Assembly: GCF_009914755.1 (NCBI RefSeq)
Contig: NC_060934.1
Source: the human T2T-CHM13v2.0 reference genome, Homo sapiens
DNA: 64,000 nt
Strand: one strand, 5' to 3'
The position numbers were made by a program, and so were the translations under genes. The notes beneath the pieces are model-generated. The model was given only the letters and a program-made list of their open reading frames with translations, searched no databases and was not told the DNA's origin. The first letter of the stretch is position 1. Every line of letters starts with the position of its first letter. Of this stretch, positions 12,301 through 25,300 are shown in pieces.

Positions 12301-14546
12301 AACGTTTTAAAACCCAGTTGCCCTTTGCAGTGTGCGTCATCAGAACCGTCCAGTCTTGGGGTGCCTTCCATAAATGAGAACTTTGTGATCTCCTCTTCCA
12401 CGAATGAGATATTTAGTTATTTTGTTGAGGAGTGATACCAGCCTTTTGCTCAGCCTCTTGAAAGAGAAAAGGTCAGCATCATCTTAGGGATTTCATTGAG
12501 CACAAAAACAGAATTTACCATAAGCATGTGTGAGCTCTGAATGTCACTACATATCTGTCCTAATGCGTCTCATGTTTTAAGTGTCTTGCTCCTTTGTCTT
12601 TCTGTTTTTTTTTTCCCCAGCAATCTGATTGAAATGGGAAACAGAGGGATAGGAATAGCGTGCGCTTTTGGACCTCTGGATATGTAATTCTGCTAGATTT
12701 AGCCAAAAATTTGTGTCACGTTCCTATAGAAGAGAGCTACTGACCTGGGGATGCTTAACTTGGGGCCGGCTTGTTGAGAAGTCATACATTACATTCTGTG
12801 AATTTATCTTTTTTAAATCTTCGTATCGTGTCAGAGTCTCTGGAACCTTTTTTGTCCTTAGCTCCCTTTAACCTTTGTGCTAGAGAAAAGGCAGGTCCAG
12901 AATGGAAAGGGATTTCCCGGTAAAGCATGGCAGCTTTTCTCATCCTGCAGGTCTCTCTTAAGAGAGCTATGCATCCTGGTTCTTAGAAGATGGCAGGTGA
13001 GGAAGGGGCCTCTGATATCCAAAGTTAGACTTGATTGTTCTTTAGTAGTGACTGAGTCTAAGGGAGTATTTGTTGTTTGGAGCTTTAAAGTTTATTGTAT
13101 ATAAGCAGTATCCCATTATGTCAGTTTCCATTATAAAAATACTATACTTTATTATTGGCTTTTACAATATGAGAATGCAGGTTTCCCTAAACTGATGACT
13201 TAAATGGACTCGGGAGTCCACATGGTGGTGACTTGTGTGAGCTCATCTTGCAGTGTACGGCCTTCCAATATTGACCGAGTTGAAGGAAACTTGGAGGTTT
13301 TCTGGGAACTAATCTTCAAATGAGGCATTTACAGTATATTGTTACTTTTGTAGGATTGATTATGTGTGGAAAATGCATTCTTAGATATGTCAAGATTCCT
13401 TCATTGATTTTTAATAATGAAGGTCTTTAGTAAAACCTGTTTTTTTGTTTGTTGTTTGGTTTTTATGGAGGGGTGGGGGATGGTGCAATTCTCTGAAAGC
13501 GTTGGGAGTGAAAAGCTGGCAGTGGCCCAAATGCAGTGCTGCCTTTGTGCACGTTCACATTCTTCAGTGAACACCAGCAGGCCTTCAGTGATTTCCTGCT
13601 GTTGGGCCAAAACATAGCTAGTACCATTTTATGCTCCCCCTGAGCTGCCAACATACTACACTACTGAGAGGAATTCCACTGTCCTTTTATTCTAGAGGTG
13701 AATCTATTCTGAACTTTTATGGGAGAGAAATGAGACTGACTTAAAAAATACACAGGAAAAAATCTCCCATTCCTCTTTGATTAACTTATGAACAAAGGAA
13801 AACACCAAAACTTATGATTGATTGCTTTAAAAAAGTTACTGCCAGTGAGATAGTCCTTTTCCTCCTCAGGATGCTGAGTTCCTTCCCCATGTAGCTTGCT
13901 GAGGGGTTGCGGGAGCTCCCATAAGAATGCCTGGTGATGATGGTGGTTCTGAGGCTTCAGGGTTCTGCCCCTTCTGGATAGAAATGCAGAGGAGGCTGCT
14001 CTACAGCTGGACAGTAGTGAGCTCTGGGCCGCCATGAGACTGCCTGCTCCATGTTGTATGTGGGGCAGATGTGGGAGAAGGATGGTGGGAAGAATGGCTT
14101 CCAAACTGTCGATTGATCAGATAAACAAGGGAGGATGCCAGGGGATAATGCCAAGAAGAGGTGGGTAAAGAAAGGAAAGGAATCCACAAAAGGGAGGAGG
14201 GGAGTGCAGGTGTGCATGTGTTCTGAAAAGTGCTCATGCACATACAGTTTGCTTATTATTTAAAAACTTACTGTGTGGAGTTTTCTAAGTGTATTTTATA
14301 AAGCAAGATAAATGTTTGGGTTTTGTGTAAATACATTTAGTAGTTAATGTATAGCATGTAGAATTAAGCATCTTCTTCCTGAGTGAACTCACTGCCAAGA
14401 TCCACGTAAGAATATTTAAAGTCACAGATCTTTGGTGGATTCTGAACACAGCTGTAGGATTCCATACTGAAGCACAGCTTTCCTGAAAATAGCCAAATTA
14501 GGTATGGCCCTTCCCCTCTGGCCTTAGTTCTTCTGCCTTTGTGCAC

Positions 14547-14594
14547 GTTCACTTACTTGAGATGACTTAGTTGAGTCATCTCAAGTAAGTGAAC
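14547..14594. repeat. Perfect 21-bp inverted repeat with 6-nt spacer
   Basis: GTTCACTTACTTGAGATGACT-tagttg-AGTCATCTCAAGTAAGTGAAC. Confidence 0.95.
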
Positions 14595-15257
14595 AAATGC
14601 TGGGCCAGTGTCCAGGAGGAAGCAGCCCCTTTGTGTGTTTTCATGTTCCTTTAGCATTTCAGAATGTGGCCTGACAGGTAACTGTGGGGCTATATTTGAC
14701 TCCTGGAGAGCAATTCTAGAGAAGGAGATGCTCTGGCCCCAGGCCAGGGGTGGGCTGTCTTCTGCAGCCTTTCCTGGTATCACATTTAAATGTTGTGCTC
14801 CATTTGTATTTGGAGAGTGTATTTGTAGAGTATATAGGTAGGCTATATTTGTAGAGTGTTGGCTGACAAAGGCTGAAACAAAATAGATTGTCTGAGAGCA
14901 GACATCTCAGAAGGCCCAGATGAACACTTATATATGTGGCACAGAAGTACTAGGTGGCACTGCAGTTTCTGTATGAATAGTTAATGGCCTTGTATTGGCA
15001 AGTAGTTTGTCTTCCACATCACAGCTCTGTTGACTGGTGAGTCTATGAAAGATGTTCTGGGAGCAGGCTGGAAACTTAGTGTCACATGATGGCTATATAC
15101 CACTCAACATTTGCATTTTTGCACCCAGCTTTAGGTTTAATGAGCTTCCTCTCCTTGTTGGGTGTGGCTGATGGAATGAGTATTCTCTTTTGACATATAA
15201 ATAATTGCGTTTTCTCTTTTGACATATAAATAATTGCATTTTCCAACAGAAAGGCTC

Positions 15258-15747
15258 TGTGTTCATTTTCTGCTGCTGCCACAACAAATTGCTATGCACT
15301 TTCTGGCTTAAAACAATACAAATGCATTATCTTATACTTCTCTAGTTTAGAAGTCTGACCTGGGTATCACTAGGCTAAAATCAAAGGGCTGGCAGTGCTG
15401 AGGTCCTCTGGAGGCTCTCAGGGAGAATCTGTTTCCTTGCCTTTTCCAGTGTCTAGAGGTTGCCTGCGTTCCTTGGCTCATGGCCCCCTCCTGTTTCCAA
15501 AGTCAGTGGCCTACCATGTCTGGAGTGTACTTCTGTCAGCACATCCCTGTCTCTTCTGCCTTCTTCTTCCACTTTTAAGGAGATTGCTTTAGGCTCACCC
15601 AGATAATACCAGGAACATCTGTTTTATAGTCAGTGGATTAACAACTTTAATTCCATCTGCAACCTTAATTCCCCTTTGCCATGTAAGATTGCAGGTTCCA
15701 GGGATTAGGACGAGGACATCTTTGGGGACGTTATTCTGCCTAGGACA
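15258..15747 (-). mobile_element. MLT1D-like MaLR solo LTR
   Basis: TG...CA termini, 5-bp TSD GGCTC, typical GGAGGCTCTCAGGGAGAATCTGTTTCCTTGCC. Confidence 0.85.
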
Positions 15748-15829
15748 GGCTCTCTTTCTGTGTTTCCTTAGAACCCTCATCTATATCAGATTATATTAGA
15801 AGTTGTCTGTTTATATATATTTTATTGCT

Positions 15830-15980
15830 GCTACTACTACTACTGCTACTACTACTGTAGTCTACTACATTTTACAGACTTCTCAAGGTCAGGCACTGTT
15901 CGTTTCATCTTTGAATCCTGGCATTACCACAGCCCCTGGTGTACATATATGGTGCTTAGTAAGTGTTTGCTGAGCTAAAG
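15830..15980 (+). repeat. (CTA)n microsatellite followed by an L2 3' end
   Basis: CTACTACTAC... then ATCTTTGAATCCTGGCA...GGTGCTTAGTAAGTGTTTGCTGA. Confidence 0.6.
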
Positions 15981-16022
15981 GGAACTCTTTCAACTCCCTG
16001 ATTTTACTTATGAACAAACTAA

Positions 16023-16336
<314 letters not shown>

Positions 16337-17640
16337 GAGAATTGTGACTCTTAAAGTAGTGAGAACTCAAAAACCCTTTTATGTTGACTTCCATAAAACT
16401 GTGAAATGCCAAGTTCAATTCTTCATGCTTGGAAGAAAACTTGGGTATGCAATAAGAATGTGTTATTGTTGCCTTCTCTCATAAAGGCATCGTCTGATAT
16501 TGGTCATGAGCATAGAACAAAATGAACAAAGTGAATTATTTCCTATCTATCTGAAGACTGCTCTCTGCTAAACAGAGTATCACTTAGTCATAAATCAGCT
16601 CAGTGTTTAGTAAATGGAAAATGAGGAAGATCTCCTACCAGGCATTCATTGGCTCGCTTTTAAGGATTATACTTTCAAAATGTGAGAACTATCAGATTAT
16701 GTTTGTACAAAATATGGCATACAAATTAAATAAGCACAGTAGCATAATTTGATCTTGCTTTATCCCATGCACTTGTGGCTGAATATAGATAAATTCTTGT
16801 CAATTAGTTTTGACCTTGTCTAAATGCCTTGCAATGATTAATTAGTAGGAAGCAAACCTAGGATGGCAAAACACCCCAAAATAGTTGCCCAGGATGCCTG
16901 GTGTGCCAGCAGACGGTATTTCCATCCCAGGATCAGGCTGCTGAGGAAACCCATGTTCTTTTGCAAGATTGGCACACATTCAGGTGGTTTTAAAATAGAG
17001 CTGCTTATCTGTTGTGTTTATTTTGGTATTTGAAATTTTTTATATCAAAGCTAGCCCTAAAGAAAACAACAGATTTTCTTAAGTTTTTATTTAAATACTG
17101 GCTGCTTTGAGGATGTGCCTACAGATTTGGTTTTGGTGTGAACCAATGATTGACAGTTGTCACCTGATAAAAGGGCTCCCTTACCTCTCCCTTACTTCAG
17201 TGCCTTGGAACTTTCTGGGCCTTAGAGTTGCAGTCTCATTTCCCTCTGCTTCCCAGCCTATGTGCAGGGCAGACCTCTTCTTCCCTCAGTAACCCCCAGC
17301 TCAGCACACTTGCTGCCAAAGATGCCTTTGTACTTGGCAATGTGGCATAGGGCGGTGATTTTCAAACTGTTGTTTAGTTTGGGAAGTCATGGAACTCCTG
17401 TATTATTATTATTATTTTTAATGACATGTAAATGCTCAAGATACATAACATGAATTAAAGTGGAATTGCTGAGGTTGAAGATGAGTGGGAACCCAGGGCC
17501 CTGCTGAGTTGGGGCCTGAGGCCAAGTGTCCAGGAATCCCTCTGGGAACACGGAACCCAGTTGAAATATTCTTAAAGTGGAAAGAGTACAGACTCCACCA
17601 CTTACTAGATGGATGAGATGTGTGACTTTGGGCAAGTTAT

Positions 17641-18238
17641 TGTTAGAAATGAAATGCTTGTTCCCCAGTGCCGCAAAGAAATAGCACTCAAACATAAATT
17701 TAATTCTCTCAGCAAGGCAATTTTTACTTTCTGCAGAAAGGGTGCTCATTGCAGATGGAACAATGGCCAGAGCACACCTGGACAGGGGAGGGGCAGGGGT
17801 TCTTATTCCTGATGCAGGTAGCCCCTACTGCTATGTTGTTCCCCTATTGGCTAGGGTTGGACCGCACAGTTTAAGCCAATTCTGATTGGCTATTTTAAAG
17901 AGGTCATGGGTATGAGGCAGAGTGGCGGGGTGAGTAGTTTGGCGGGAAGGCCAGTTAAGAACAGGTAACTAAAGGTGACTTAGGTCAGAGCAAGTGACCA
18001 AGGGTGACTCAGGTCAAAGCAGATGACCGGAATGAGTCAGGACAGAGCAGATGACCAGGGGAACAGATGTGAACTACTGATTAGGACTGGCCGGAAGGTT
18101 GTTTACTGAACCTAGAAGCAAGTGGGCGATGAGAACCAGGAAGTTAAACTTTAAAATGGAGAATCAAAGAATAAGAGAGCTGAACCTACTGACATACTGA
18201 TTCTTTGAAGAGAAACTTGGGGTTCACCATATTTAACA
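17641..18238 (-). mobile_element. LTR10 (LTR10A/F-like, HERV-I family) solo LTR inserted in a MIR
   Basis: TGTTAG...TTAACA termini; internal GGTCA/TGAC tandem block; CCAAT boxes; MIR halves flank it (about 17590-17640 and 18239-18370). Confidence 0.85.
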
Positions 18239-18929
18239 TTACCCTAGTTTTTAGTCTTCTCATCTTTAACATGGGAATGATAGTACCTGCCTTACTGGAT
18301 GGCGGCAAGGATAGACAAGCTCATGCTTGGAAGGAGCCTGGGATCAAGCAGGTTCTCAGTCAGTGGTAGACATAACTGTCACTTTGTGATTCTTCTCCCT
18401 GCCCCTCCTCCCTCTTCCTGTTATCCCCCTCCTACTCCCCGCTCTGCTACCGTTCCTCTTCTTCCCTCTTCCTTTTGTTTTTATCTACCACCCTTCATGG
18501 CCTGGCTGGTGCTGGCCTCACTTCTCCCATGACTGTCTCATTGCCTGTTCCTAGTCACAGGAATCGCAGCCTTCTATAACATTTATTCCTATAACATTTA
18601 TTATTTGTTCCATTAAAATGTTTTCAAAATGACATTTTATGTCATTATAAAAGGAACATATGTTTGTAAAAGGAATATATGTTTATTGCAGAAAATTTAG
18701 AAGATATGTAACTACAAGATCTTTCAAGATAGGAACTCTTTTTATATTTTTTTCCTGCTGCGTATAGTGGGAATCATCCATTTCATACTTAATATTCCTG
18801 ATAGATAAAAAACAATTATTAGTTTTGAGTCTGTGGAGTTTTATTAACTCATTTGAAAGAAATTTTTATTTTTATGGCAAAGGAGGAAAGAATGTCCTCC
18901 ATGAAGTTGAGAACATAAAGACCAGAGGA

Positions 18930-19430
18930 AGGCACTGTTCTGGGTGTTGTGAAGGATGTAGAGTGACCCAGGCCAGGCTTCCTGTCCTTCAGGAGCTCAT
19001 AGTTCAAATAGGACTAAATGCTATTAAAAAAATAATCTAGTTACTGGTACAGAGAGAATGTCCCGTGGACTCATTGAGGATGAGGAGGTCCAGTCCTGCT
19101 GGGGTATCTGAGAAAGCTTCAGAGGCATTGGAATTAGAACCAGATCTTGAAGGGAGTAAGGATTTTGACAGATGGCCAGATGGCACTGAGAACATTCTAG
19201 TGGTGGGGAAGTGAAGTGTGGGATGTGTTTAGGTGACCCCACTGGTTGAAAGCAGAGGAGAGGGTCAGCTGGGGAGCTGGGCCTTGAATGCCAGGCCAGT
19301 CCTCAGAGCTGTACAGTCACCGCAGAGTTGGGAGTGGAGAAGTGACATGACCAGGTGACAGGACTGGTGGGAAGGTTTGAGGTGGAGCGGCCAGGAGGAC
19401 TTTAGTTGTGGCCATTACAGAGCCTAGCCC
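18930..19430 (-). mobile_element. L2 fragment
   Basis: AGGCACTGTTCTGGGTG...CCTGTCCTTCAGGAGCTCATAGT...GGGCCTTGAATGCCAGG. Confidence 0.65.
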
Positions 19431-19433
19431 AGA

Positions 19434-19814
19434 TGACAATGACCATCTCCTTGACCAGATGCTACTCAGTCTCCTTCGAGTCCTCTTTTTGACTAGGCCT
19501 TTTTCTTGGGTCCTGTCTTCAGGCTGCATAGCTCTGCTAAGTCAGTTTAGCTACAACCTCCCACCCTTGAGCTCTCCTCCCCCGGCCTACGTTCAGCAAG
19601 AATCCCCCTCCCCTTGCTGTCTCCTGTGAGTTATTTTCCATCCACTGACCCTGCTCCCTCTGCGCATTGGTGCTAAGTCCCCAGCTGCCCTGTGTTTTCT
19701 GAGTTGAGCTCCGTCTCCTTCCCCTATTAGGATAGTCTTAGCATCTGTCACAGTAGTCCTGGGAAAGTCTTCCTCACCATTTTAATAAGCGTCAGAGTAA
19801 TTTTTTCTTTTACA
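19434..19814 (+). mobile_element. MER31A-like ERV1 solo LTR
   Basis: TGACAA...TTTACA termini with 4-bp TSD CAGA; CTGCTAAGTCAGTTTAGC motif. Confidence 0.75.
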
Positions 19815-20401
19815 CAGATCTAGTAAAGAGATGCTCCTATAAGTATATGATGAATTGAATTGACTTGAGGAAAGATGAGGCAATCAAATAACAGTGTTTT
19901 CTCAAACCTTGCTGTCCGGGCTTTTTGTTGTCATTGTCCTGAGTGGTGTCCTGTGTTTTTTATTGACTCAGAAATCGTGGCCTGGTTACTATTTGGGAAG
20001 GCATGTCTGTGAACCAGTGCAAATTGGTGGCGTTTAGTACCCCTGCATTTCCTTTTTAAATTCACCTTCCGCTTTCCCTTCCACCCTGTTGTAGGGACAC
20101 CTGCCTTGCTCACAGGTTGTTCCTGGAGACTTTGCGTGAAGGCTGGTGTTGACCTGAAGCCCTCCTGCAGCTCGTTTTGCCTCCCTTGTGTTTTTCCTTA
20201 CATCTTTTCCCTTCTCTGGCTTCCATCCATTCTCTGTGAAGAGGCAGCTCACTAGGTGAGCTGTGGCTTTAGAGCTTCTTTGCATTCAGTAGATTTCCAG
20301 GCCATTTTCTCCAGGCTTTTAGTGCATGGCGAAGGCATCATTGGATGAGTATCATCAGGAGGGAAAGGGCAGATGGCTGTGTGTGGACTGTTAAAGCAGT
20401 G

Positions 20402-20517
20402 TGTGGGCACGGTGGCACGCACCTGTAGTTCTAGCCACTCCAGAGGATTGCTTGGAGCCAGGAGTTCGAGATCAGCCTGGCAACATAGCGAGACCCTGTC
20501 TCTAAAAAAACAAAAAA
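20402..20517 (+). mobile_element. FLAM (Alu monomer)
   Basis: GGGCACGGTGGCACGCACCTGTAG...GCGAGACCCTGTCTCTAAAAAAA. Confidence 0.85.
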
Positions 20518-21853
20518 GTTTACAAATCTAGGCTTTTAATCTGTATATAAAAAAAGAAATGAAACAACAGCAAAAAAGAATGCAGTTTGTCCAGAGACAG
20601 GGATGTGACTGGACAGCAGGAGTGAGTTGAGCCTTTCTTTGCCAGTGTTTGGTTCAGTGGACCCGTTCTTCACTCTCCAGTGCTCCGTGCAACTTATGTT
20701 TCCCCTCCTGTAACGACTGCTGGGAAACAGCATTCTCCAAGAGACGTGGAGCTGTGGCTAGAAATGGCCTTGTGGCTATGGTAATGCCCAAGTCTTCCTC
20801 ATAGAGACCATTTGGCTGTTTTCTGATTTCTCCACTCCTAATTAAAGCTTTAGTTAATTGCCTGCACTTTGAGAAGCCTGGTAGAGATAACTTATAAGGA
20901 TAGGTTAATGGTGAAAATGCTGAAATACAAGAACTGCCCAAACTGCCTTGATTCAATTAACATGTGCATTTTTCTTTAAAAGAATTTCGCGCTGTGAAAA
21001 GCCTAGTAATTGTGATTTAAATTGTTTGATAAAAGCGTTCATTTGATTGCAGACTTGAGTAACTCACATTTGTTTAAAAGACTCATGATGGGGACAAGGG
21101 GGGTTAGGTTGATTGGCTTAAGATCCTATCTGAAGTTGAAGTGTATGGGTCACACGGCCGGCTTCAAGGCATTGTTTGGACCGGTCAGAGGTGCAGGGTG
21201 GCACTTCATGGCTTTCACGCTGAGTTGGTTCTCAGCCAGGCTGGTCTTTTGGTATGCTGTCGCATAGACACTTGTTAATATTTAAAGTATCTCTGACATC
21301 TTGTGCCTTTTAGTTCAAGATTTTTGTTTGTTTTGTTTTTAGGGCATGTTTTTCATTCCTTACTTAACCTCTGTTTTGAAGGGCCTTGGTGACCACACCA
21401 TATTCTCCTGTTTAGGTGACCCCAGTGGCTGAAAGCAGGAGAAAGTGTTTCATCACGGGCCCTCTCCTTCTGAATACTGTGAGTCTGTGCCTTGGAAAAT
21501 TAAATGGGAGTATTGTAAAACTCACTGAGGGCTTCTCTTTGGAAACTTCACATCCATTCGCCACATATTCTTCCCACCCTCCCCCGCCCCACAATAGGAA
21601 TTAAAAATTTGGAGTTGAAGAAGAAAGCTAGAAGTATTATGAAGCAGCCTTGTTTGCTTTAATAAAGTAATAGTTCTAGTTTATCCTCACTTTCCTATGT
21701 AGTGTGCTCCCTTAAAGATGACTCAGACAGGTGACTCCCTCAGTCTTCTCCCTGCGGTCTCACTACCTGGGGTACTAACAGTTAAGAAGTTTTTACCAGA
21801 AAGTGATGGGTAATAGTACTGGCTTCCTCAGGAAAAGCTATGTGTTGTTCCAT

Positions 21854-22345
21854 TGTTAGAGAAAAAAGCCAGAGCTGGGTAGTAGTTAAGGTGGTGAAAA
21901 CAGTTTTACTCAGGAAAACTATTGCAGTAGGGGAGGAGAGATTCCAGTATAAAACCAGGCTCAATGGCAAGTGCAGCATGGGCCACTGGGAATTCAGAAC
22001 CAAGGAGCAGTGCGAAGGTCATTGTATGGAAATTACTAGAGGTAACCTCAGGGGTTAGGGGGATTCTAGCTCAACTGACCCAACGAGGATTCTTGCTGAG
22101 GATAAGTCAGGAGAATCAGATGTCACCTGGGGGGTTGTGGGGGACAGTAGAGGACGAGGAACACATCAGATATTGAGGGTGATCAGATGTTGAGGAGGGG
22201 GGCAATTCAGCTAAACTGACTTAGCAGGGCTTTTGCCAAAGTCAGGAGACGCAAAGAAAGATATGGAGGGCCAAAGGTGGAGGTCCATTTTGGAAGAGCC
22301 TTCAGAGCAGTCCGACTAAAGTTTGGTAAGAGAGAGACGCTGTCA
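21854..22345 (-). mobile_element. MER31/MER67-family ERV1 solo LTR
   Basis: TGTTAG...TGTCA termini; GCTAAACTGACTTAGCAGG and GACTAAAGTTTGG are reverse complements of motifs in the LTR at 19434. Confidence 0.65.
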
Positions 22346-25300
22346 GCGCCTGGTTGTGTGTTACTTTTAGGTCCTGTGCACTGTCTTTTTTCAGTTGAAA
22401 GGACAAACCCTCACCTTCAGCTGTCCTGGGTGCATCTCTGAGGCTGGGTTTAGGGCTGGGCCTCTCCAGTGGCTCCTGGGGATGGGGGCAGCACTCACCC
22501 TTTGCGGAGGTTTTACAGCATCCCCAGCTGGCCCAGTGTGCGGGTGTTGTGGGGTGCATAGGGCCCCCGAGAGAGGCTTTGGGTCTGTCTCAGTGTGCAT
22601 GTTACTGTGTTATGCTGTGGTGGCTCCCTCTTTTTGCCTCTGTGAATGGTGGGCTCCAGAGGGCTGGGATACTGACTGGCTCTTTCATCCTCTCGTCCCC
22701 AGCATGGCGTTTTGCACATAGCAGGTGCTTGATATGTAGTGTGTGAAGCAATGAAGATTGTTTGTGAAAATTGGGTTCAGTTCTTTATACTCATGGTGGT
22801 AGGATCGGGGGATCACAGTGTAGAAACTAGTTGAGAGAGCCTGGAGTATGGAAAGCTATAATTATTTTAAAAGCTTTCTCTCAACAGGTCATTTCATTCT
22901 CACACCTTCCCAAAGCACTCACCAGACAGGCCGACTGGAGTTTCACCTCCCCATCTGTGCTCTGCTCCCCACCCTACAGCTGAGTTGTAAGAGGCAGGTG
23001 CCGCAAGAAGGTGGGGTGGGGGGCAGCCAGCCTGAGTATCTGCAGGTTGGAGAATGAGCCCTCCTTCTTGGCCCTCCGTAATTGAATGTTATGCTGCCTC
23101 TCTGGTACTGTTAATGGGCCAGGGTGCCCCGATGTTCTCACTGACTCTGAAATGAACCATTTCTCTGTTGCGTGTTCTCGGCATCTGGCAAGGCCATGGT
23201 GGGGAGAGAGCGCTCCAGCCTTGCCCCAAGGGCTGGTGAGGAGGTCCAGACAGTTTCACCTAGGCCTCAGGGACGCTTCCCATGAGAAAAGAGGATTCCT
23301 GCTGGGCCAGGCACTCCTACCCTGCAGCGTGGGAGCAGTCGCTGGAGGTGCTTGAGTTGCTGGGTGCTGTGTCCCAGTGCCCCTGCAGTCCTCTTCGTGC
23401 TCTCCCCGTGAGGCTCCCAAGGCAGGATCTGGAGGCGCAGACTGTTCAGGCAGCCTTGTCTGGCTTGCAGGATTCCTCTAAGCTCTGGGTTTTCTAGGAT
23501 TCCAATTACAAAGGGTTATAATCCCATCTCCTGTTGGGTAAGGAAAATTCAAAGTACTGGAGAGAGATCAATTTTTCTGCCTGTTACAGTTCTGGGGGCT
23601 GGCTCAGAGGGAGCAGGTTCTTAGCACTGCTCACGTGGCAGCTCCAGGTGCCCCTTGGACCCCACACTTTACCACATAGCCCTGTTCTTCCTAGGGCTGG
23701 GGTCCCTCTGCCACTGCTCTGTGGACTTTTGTGCAAAACACACGCATACAACAAACTTGGAGCTAGTAGGAAACCTTTGTATTCAGAAGAAAAGTGGAAA
23801 CAAAACAAAAGTGTTGAAGTTGTTCTGGTAGCCGGCCTTGTGCAGGCAGCAGTGGTGTCTCTAGTGGTTCCTCCCTTCAAACCTACTTACCCCATGTCAT
23901 TATATTTAGCACAGTACCTGTAATCCTTCCACTAAGTTCCCTAACCTTTATAATTATTCAGCAGCAAATATTGTACCTTTGGGATCCTAAGGAGCTAGCT
24001 CTTGCTTCCTTCCCCCCTTATCTCTGGGAGGTAGCTTGTCGCAGACCCTACCTTAGAGGTACTCAGTTACTTTGGAGGGCAGAATTAGTCTCTGATGGGG
24101 ATACCATTTCCCTCTTTGGCCCTGGATTGGGGAGGAGGAATTCTAGGAGGTAGGGGAGAGACACAACATTGGCGGTGGGAGAGAATAACACTTCTTCTAA
24201 GGTCAGGTCAGCCTTGTATGCAGGGTACCAAATGAACCCTGTCCCTGGGACCAAAGACTGAGAACTTGGGCTAGGAGCAGCAGTGCTGGCAGTGCTTGAG
24301 TTATGTCTGAACCATCCCAGGAGATTCCAGAATTATGGAGCTCTATCAGAAATGGCCCCAGCTGTGTGTGGGCTGCTGCATCTCTCCTGCCTGGATGCAT
24401 GTGTGTCCTTTCCCTCTGCTGTCCTTCCAGTTTCTCATTTTGATCCTTAGGTGGATTAAAGAGAGGACCTTAAATTGCCAGTTGCTAACCTTGAGTGAGG
24501 ATTCCCAGAGGAGTGCTGGTGCAATATAGGCAGGACTTCCCCCTCTGGTGATGTGCTTGCTTCCAGGGCCGAGGGAAGGGGAGGCACAGTGAGACCAGAC
24601 TCTGTTCTCTGAGCAGTGCTGGAGGAGAAACACCCTCATCCATGTGGAGTGGGCATGGATGGAGGCAGCAGGGAGGGTAGTAGCTGGGCTTCCTGGGGCC
24701 CGTGGAGGCTGAGAGCAAAGCCATATGATCAAGGAGCATGACCAGGAAGCCAGTGGGGGTCCCGTCTGCTGCATGAGAGCCACCCCCTGGAGCCTAGGGC
24801 CCCGACTGTGGGCAGAGCTGGCCCTCCATTCTCTGCAGTGAGTATGGGGACAGATGTGATTGTGATCCTCTCAGAGGACTGATGCATTTTGCCAGAGACA
24901 TGGAAGTGGCTTAAAAGCCAGCAAGGTCCTTGGTGGACATGATATAGATACAGGTTGTGTTCCTTGGAAGTGACCAACACGTGTCCTTTTGCATGGCGGA
25001 GATTCGGAAATGCAGCCTGTGCTAATCCTCTCAGGTCCTTTTGTTACGACTGTGGAGCCCCATGATTTGGTCACTACTTGGGGTCATTTATGTGTCTGGC
25101 TGGTCCAGTTCCTATGTTTTGACTGCTGGGACCAACAGCTGTGTGTGATTAGGGCATTGCCAAGTTCCCGGTGGTAGAAATCGTTTACCATATGGTTCTC
25201 GAGATGTCATTGTGTAATTCAAACTCCTAAGGCTGTAAGTTTTGCTAACTGCTCTTGGTGGGGCTCTCCCTGCATTTTACAAAATGCTCACTAGTTTTTG

